This document shows, one piece after another, positions 58,944 to 64,000 of a DNA stretch of 64,000 bases (its first letter is position 1; each line of letters starts with the position of its first letter). Location: positions 105,900 to 169,899 of the forward strand of contig CAKPLY010000002.1 of the NCBI GenBank assembly GCA_934167825.1. The letters run 5' to 3'. Both the position numbers and the translations under genes were made by a program. The notes below the pieces were generated by a model. The model saw only the letters and a list, made by a program, of their open reading frames with translations, ran no database searches and was not told where the DNA came from. This DNA comes from an uncultured Bacilli bacterium. Its GTDB lineage: Bacteria > Bacillota_I > Bacilli_A > RF39 > UBA660.

Positions 58944-59796
58944 AGGTTTAGAACAACTATTTAGTAGTGAAGTATTGGATTTTGACCAATTTGAAACTAA
59001 TATTATGGAAAATGTAAAAGATAATGACGTTAGAGAGTTGCCAATTACTGATATTAGACCTAATCCATATCAACCAAGAAAGAGTTTTAATGAAGAAGCA
59101 TTAAATGAACTTGCTGAGTCAATTAAAAATTATGGTGTTTTTCAGCCTATTATTGTTAAAAAAAGTATTAAAGGATATGATTTAATTGCAGGAGAAAGAA
59201 GACTTAGGGCATCAAAAATAGCAGGACTTGCAACAATACCTGCGATTATTAAAGATTTTTCAGATGAACAAATGAGAGAAATAGCACTTTTGGAAAACTT
59301 ACAAAGAGAGAATTTAACTCCAATAGAACTTGCTTGGGCATATAAAGGCATTATTGATACTTTACATATTAGACAAGAAGATTTAGCAGACAAAATAGGT
59401 AAGAGTAGGAGTCATGTTACTAATACACTTGGACTTTTAAGATTACCTGAAGAAATACAAAATCAAATACTTGAAAATAAAATTTCTATGGGTCATGCAA
59501 AAATTTTATCTAAAATTGATGATGACTATAAAGTAAAAGAATTTGCTGACAAAATAATTAATAATAATATTAGCGTTAGAGAACTTGAAGAGAAAGTACA
59601 AGATACTGATGTTAAAAAGAAAGTTCCTATAAATAGAAAGATTAAAGTTAGCGACTATGATTATATAGAAAGAGAACTTAGAGATATTTTGGATACTAAG
59701 GTTATTGTTAAGGACAAGAAACTAGAAATTTGTTTTGAAAATGGTAATGATTTAGATAGAATACTAGAAATAATGAACATAAAAATTGAAAAATAG
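58915..59796 (+). CDS. spo0J: Chromosome partitioning protein ParB/Spo0J (canonical)
   Basis: LGRGLEQL, PNPYQPR, GERRLRA arginine patch, ENLQRENLTPIE, HTH KSRSHVTNTLGLLRLP. Confidence 0.95.
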   Translation: MEQKKKALGRGLEQLFSSEVLDFDQFETNIMENVKDNDVRELPITDIRPNPYQPRKSFNEEALNELAESIKNYGVFQPIIVKKSIKGYDLIAGERRLRASKIAGLATIPAIIKDFSDEQMREIALLENLQRENLTPIELAWAYKGIIDTLHIRQEDLADKIGKSRSHVTNTLGLLRLPEEIQNQILENKISMGHAKILSKIDDDYKVKEFADKIINNNISVRELEEKVQDTDVKKKVPINRKIKVSDYDYIERELRDILDTKVIVKDKKLEICFENGNDLDRILEIMNIKIEK

Positions 59797-59835
59797 AAAT
59801 TTTGTGTTATAAAAATTAAATTATTTTAAATAAAG

Positions 59836-59861
59836 ATACTATATTTGTTATAGTATTTTTT
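59836..59861 (+). terminator. Rho-independent terminator after spo0J
   Basis: atactata-tttgt-tatagtat followed by T5. Confidence 0.7.
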
Positions 59862-60108
59862 GTGTAATAGATTAAAAAAGTTAATTAAGTTACGAAAAAA
59901 GCATGAAAAACGAAGTAGGTACACAAAATACTCTTTTTTATTCTTATTATGGTATGATTTTATTGTACGACATAACAGAAGGAAAAAAGCATTGGTGAAT
60001 TTAACTGCTATCTGTGATTGTATTGAAATTTTATAAGCCATGGTATAAAAGTAGGATACAATAATGTTGTAAAGAATTAAATTAGGAATGTGGAGGTGTA
60101 TTAATACA

Positions 60109-60327
60109 ATGAGTGGACATGTTAAATGGTTCAACAATGAAAAAGGTTACGGATTTATAGATTATACAGAAGGAGAAGATATCTTTGTTCATTATTCTGC
60201 TATTAAGCAAGAAGGTTATAAAAGTTTAGCTGAGGGTCAAAAAGTAGTATTTGATCTAATTGAAACTCCAAAAGGTCTTCAAGCAATTAATGTTGTTGCA
60301 ATAACTGAAGAAAAAGTTTATCAATAA
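60109..60327 (+). CDS. csp: Cold-shock protein (CspA family)
   Basis: [15 protein letters not shown] (RNP1), FVHYSAI (RNP2). Long ~250-nt upstream leader is typical of csp genes. Confidence 0.93.
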   Translation: MSGHVKWFNNEKGYGFIDYTEGEDIFVHYSAIKQEGYKSLAEGQKVVFDLIETPKGLQAINVVAITEEKVYQ

Positions 60328-60336
60328 AGGCTATAT

Positions 60337-60376
60337 AAAAATACCACACTAATTTATGAGGTTGGTGGTATTTTTT
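60337..60376 (+). terminator. Rho-independent terminator after csp
   Basis: aaaataccac...gtggtatttt stem with a T-run. Confidence 0.7.
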
Positions 60377-60535
60377 ATTATAATAGATAATATAGATAAT
60401 GTTTTAGCAGAATGCTATGATTAAGATATATGTATGATATGACATTTAAAAATTGTTACTATTAAGTTTTTTGAATATGTAAATGGTAAAATAAAAACAC
60501 ACATACTAGTATTTAGGTGTGTGAGCACTAAATTT

Positions 60536-60813
60536 AATGGAGCAGTGACAGGCTATTAAAAAAAACAGAAACAAGTAATTTGTTAAATCAATCTATTAAT
60601 AGTACAACGTTTTTTCTATATTTTAATATAAATATTTATATTAATTTAAATTATTATTTATTTTCTTCTTATATTAATTCTTTATATTATTTTATATAAA
60701 TTTTCTATTTTCTTACAATATGTATAAAATGTTTGTAATAAGTAAGAAATGCATTTTTAAAAATAAAAGGATTAGATATATTTTAATCTAATCTTACTGA
60801 TAAATTGTAATTT
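60536..60813. repeat. Direct repeat R1 (~280 bp), diverged copy of 63091..63383
   Basis: Shared blocks: aatggagca.tgaca, agaaacaagtaatt..ttaaatcaatctattaatag, tattttaatataaatatttatatt, ttatattaattctttatatta, ctaatct.act.ataaattgtaattt. Confidence 0.75.
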
Positions 60814-61807
60814 ATTTTTTATTTATCCACTCGACTGTATCCTTTATTGTTTCTTTTATATTTCTATTTTTAAATCCTAACTTTTCTTTAGCTTTATCAT
60901 TACTAAAATTTGCGTTGGAAGATAGTGTATATAGTGAATACTTAGTAAAAATTGGAGTTTGTTTTTTAAAATTATAATATACTTCAAATAAAGGTGCTAC
61001 TAATTTTGCAATACCTATTGGTAATACAATTTTAATCTTTTCCCTTCCTTGTGCATTACAAATCAAATCACATAATTTTTTGATTGTTATATATCTATTT
61101 GATAAGATATAGCATTCACCTTTAGTACCATTTTCACATGCACTAATAACACCATCTGCAACATCTCTTACATCAACAAAATCATATCCACCTTTTACGC
61201 AAGCAAATAATTTGCCACTTGTAATTTCTTTTACTAATTGCGTTAAGTGACTATTGCCAAAATCATTTGGACCTATAATACCAGTTGGATGAATTATACA
61301 AGCATTAAGATTTTTATTTTTTACTGCATCAATTACATACTTAGCGGCTTCTGCTTTTGTTTTTGCATATAAACCCTTAACATTATCAGGGTCAAAATCA
61401 GTTGTCTCTGTTATTACTTCATTGTTAGGTTTTTCTGGAATTGCATGAACGCTATTAATATAGATAAGTTTTGCTTTTGACTCTATTACTTTATTTACTA
61501 TATTTTTTGTTCCATTAACATTAACATTATAAACAAGTGGATTGTATTTTGCTTTTATATATACTACTGCGGCACAATGAATTACAAAAACTTCTTTATC
61601 ATCAATATTTTCAAAAATTGATGATAAAGTTTCTTCTTTAGTTACATCACCATAGTATATTTTACATTTTAAGTTTTCTAGCGATTTAATGGATTCGCCA
61701 TTTAATACAAAAGCTCTAATTTCGCTATCAGCATTTTTTTCTAATTTTCTTATAATGTTATTTCCTAAAAAACCAGTTGCTCCTGTTATTATATAGATTT
61801 TTTTCAC
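60812..61807 (-). CDS. NAD(P)-dependent epimerase/dehydratase-family (extended SDR) oxidoreductase
   Basis: IYIITGATGFLGNNI Rossmann motif, YAKTK catalytic Tyr/Lys. GTG 61807 has RBS AAGGTGA. The ORF is open up to 61918. Confidence 0.8.
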   Translation of the reverse strand: MKKIYIITGATGFLGNNIIRKLEKNADSEIRAFVLNGESIKSLENLKCKIYYGDVTKEETLSSIFENIDDKEVFVIHCAAVVYIKAKYNPLVYNVNVNGTKNIVNKVIESKAKLIYINSVHAIPEKPNNEVITETTDFDPDNVKGLYAKTKAEAAKYVIDAVKNKNLNACIIHPTGIIGPNDFGNSHLTQLVKEITSGKLFACVKGGYDFVDVRDVADGVISACENGTKGECYILSNRYITIKKLCDLICNAQGREKIKIVLPIGIAKLVAPLFEVYYNFKKQTPIFTKYSLYTLSSNANFSNDKAKEKLGFKNRNIKETIKDTVEWINKK

Positions 61808-61960
61808 AATATTTATCACCTTACACTCCATTCTAAAAAATAAATCTAATATCTCTCTTATATAATTATACCACAGGTTTAAGATTATTTTTTTAAAAGC
61901 GCATAAAAAGAAAAACAAAATTTTTTAGAAAAGGAAAAGAGTTTAATTTTTCTTTAATAA

Positions 61961-62611
61961 TTAGTATTTTATTTTGGGTACAACTTTCCATTTGCCTTGT
62001 TTTAAATATGCATTATTATTTTTTATAATAGTAGTAATATTTCTTGTCGAATGTCTTTCTTTATATAACTCAAATATTTCTTTAACAACTTTGGTTTCAA
62101 TAGGTTCAATTTCTAAATGATCTGTTTCTTTGTTTCTTGTATATCCATATGGTGCTTTACTAGGATGGATATGTTACATAGCCATTTCTTCCAAAGCTCT
62201 TTTTGTTCTTGCTCCAATTTCTTTTCTTTCTCTTTGACCAAACACTAAATTCATTCCATAAATCATTTCACCATTAGCAGTACTTACATCAAATGGTTCA
62301 AGTATTAGTTCTAATTTAACATCATGTTCTTCTAAATAATTAAGTAGCCAAAATCCATCATAATTACTTCTTGTAAGTCTATCTACTTTAATAGCAACTA
62401 ATTTATCAATTTTCTTTGATTTAATGTCTTTTAATAATCTTTGCATTTCTGGTCTCATTAAATCTTTTCCTGAATGACCGGCATCATTATAAACATCAAT
62501 AATGTCATAGTTTTTCTTTTCACAATATTCTTTAATCATTCTAAGTTGTGAATCAATAGAATATCCATTATCTTTTTGGTCGTCAATTGAAATTCTAACA
62601 TAACTCCACAT
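61961..62611 (-). pseudogene. Large serine recombinase remnant: in-frame TAA at 62174-62176, truncated after ~70 further codons
   Basis: N-terminal resolvase domain YVRISIDDQ...VDRLTR... After the stop the same frame continues HIHPSKAPYGYTRN...VKEIFELY (recombinase domain), then ends at 61961. Confidence 0.8.
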
Positions 62612-62701
62612 CTCACAAAATCATCTCCTTTCTTTTTTTATTTGAAAGAAGTTATACTCTCGCTTGTTTGGCACTTTATAAGCAAAAAGTTAAGTGTGAA
62701 A

Positions 62702-62968
62702 TTACAATTTCTTTAAAATTTTACATATTTCTTGCAATGTATATTTTTCATTATGTTCTTTTATATAAAATTGCTTGTTAGATATTTCATTAACTTTGTA
62801 CTCATAAATAGTAAGTACTGTAGGAGATAATATTAAATATTCAGTAGGTTCAATAAACTTTAAGTTTGTGTTCTCGAGAATTTTAACTTTGCCATTTTTG
62901 GCTTTATAATCATAGCATTTAATAATATCAATAATAGTCGAGTGTTTCTATGTTTTAAAATTAAGCAT
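62702..62968 (-). pseudogene. Small gene (88 codons) with strong RBS and in-frame TAG at codon 7
   Basis: GGAAGGAGGA RBS, ATG at 62968, MLNFKT*KHSTIID...YTLQEICKILKKL*. Stop at 62948-62950, with the frame otherwise open. Confidence 0.55.
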
Positions 62969-63090
62969 TAAAAAATGTCCTCCTTCCTGTGATAAGAGAA
63001 CATCTATATATGTCTTCTAAGCTAACAGAGGGTTAGATTTTAGACATTAAAAAACTTACGACACCATAATAGGTTCGTAAGTTGTATTCA

Positions 63091-63383
63091 AATGGAGCAA
63101 TGACATGGGTCATTTGCGAAAAAATAGAAACAAGTAATTGATTAAATCAATCTATTAATAGCATAGCACATATTATATATTTTAATATAAATATTTATAT
63201 TCTTGTTATATTAATTCTTTATATTAACTTATTATATTATGTTAGACAAAACTTCTATCGTGGATTGAAATATCTTCTACCCTAGATGGAAATATTTTCT
63301 ACCCTAGACAAAAAATATAAATCTTATTCAAAATAAAAAGACTAGTTATATTTCAAACTAATCTCACTAATAAATTGTAATTT
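63091..63383. repeat. Direct repeat R2 (~290 bp), diverged copy of 60536..60813
   Basis: Same conserved blocks as R1. Carries an extra segment with the 12-bp direct repeat ttctaccctaga at 63275 and 63297. Confidence 0.75.
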
Positions 63384-63412
63384 GTAAAAATTATAATTAA
63401 ATAAAATTTACT

Positions 63413-63643
63413 CTAATCATCTTTAGAAATATACCAACCGTGTTTACGCTTAGGTAATTTGTTGGCACATTTGCTACCAATAGCATTTACATAATTATTG
63501 TATTTATTAGCAAGTTTCATGTGTTTTGTGCCTTCTTTTTCATAGAAACCAACTTTTTTAAGTTTACTAAACATTTTACCTGATTTTTTTCTTAACTTCT
63601 TTTCACTAGATAAATTTAAATAAATACTTCTAAATATTCCCAT
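63413..63643 (-). CDS. Small basic hypothetical protein (76 aa)
   Basis: ORF with RBS GGAGGGAA upstream. No family recognised with confidence. Confidence 0.4.
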   Translation of the reverse strand: MGIFRSIYLNLSSEKKLRKKSGKMFSKLKKVGFYEKEGTKHMKLANKYNNYVNAIGSKCANKLPKRKHGWYISKDD

Positions 63644-64000
63644 TTATATTTCCCTCCATAAATTACTATTTTTCTAACTAATTAATAAATTACTATTTAT
63701 CTGGCACTTCTATATATAATTATACCATCATTTTGGTAAATTTTATTACTAGATTAAGACATCCAAGATTCATCCAACGTTTTCTAATGTATATCCAACT
63801 GTTGGAAACCAATTATAATCTTGCTGTATTCATTGATATTATTTACTTTATTTTTAATTTCCGGTCTAATGCTTTCATCATTTTTTTCAATAGTAGTGGG
63901 TTTTAATTTAATATCTCTTTATGTTTCGTCTTTATATTCTTTTGTTAAAACGAAAGTTTTTGTTATTGTAGTTCAAATCATCACTTGAGTATTCATTTTC

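Noticed and set aside
59826-60137. 103-aa minus-strand ORF upstream of csp
   Set aside because: It lies in the csp 5' leader, has no RBS and gives a low-complexity product. It overlaps the csp start.
60496-60523. Hairpin acacaca...tgtgtgt considered as a small RNA or tRNA fragment
   Set aside because: It has no tRNA features (no T-loop GTTCGA-type motif) and is an isolated stem without a U-run. It is noted only as the left neighbour of repeat R1.

Overview
Chromosomal replication-origin region of a very AT-rich (roughly 25-27% GC by eye), spore-forming Bacillota genome. All protein family calls come from reading the translations and from recall, not from database searches.

Gene content:
- Left of the origin, minus strand: the classic block rpmH-rnpA-yidC-jag-mnmE-mnmG-rsmG, followed by a divergent ParB/Noc-like gene.
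- Origin: dnaA lies between two DnaA-box clusters (23517-23755 and 25265-25365). A 52-bp pure A/T tract follows the second cluster.
- Right of the origin, plus strand: dnaN, a comK-like gene, recF, gyrB, gyrA, tadA, dnaX, ybaB, recR, holB, ricT, rsmI, pth, mfd, spoVT, a Met T-box leader with dut-metG, tatD, rsmA, yabG, veg, spoVG, yabP, yabQ and divIC.
- Next come inverted ftsH-tilS, then soj-spo0J, csp and a decayed recombinase islet.
- The left end carries spoIVA (partial), hup, a small accessory cluster, rpoE, an ArgRS-like gene and a class A PBP.
- I found no rRNA, tRNA or CRISPR.

Main finding: the 1.95-kb gene-free tract between gyrA and tadA (32930-34879) holds 11 identical copies of the 18-bp perfect palindrome ATGTTCCACGTGGAACAT. 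Its core is a fully symmetric version of the ParB-binding parS consensus TGTTNCACGTGNAACA. Seven copies sit inside longer perfect palindromes of 22-38 bp with site-specific arms. The array contains an ~820-bp segmental duplication whose breakpoints fall on the sites. This looks like a compact, plasmid-like chromosomal centromere array.

Other notable items:
- two ParB-family proteins, one with a 3 x 57-aa Pro/Gln-rich repeat insertion
- a HerA/DUF87-type ATPase inserted between rpmH and the dnaA-upstream DnaA boxes
- an ArgRS-like protein lacking both class I signature motifs
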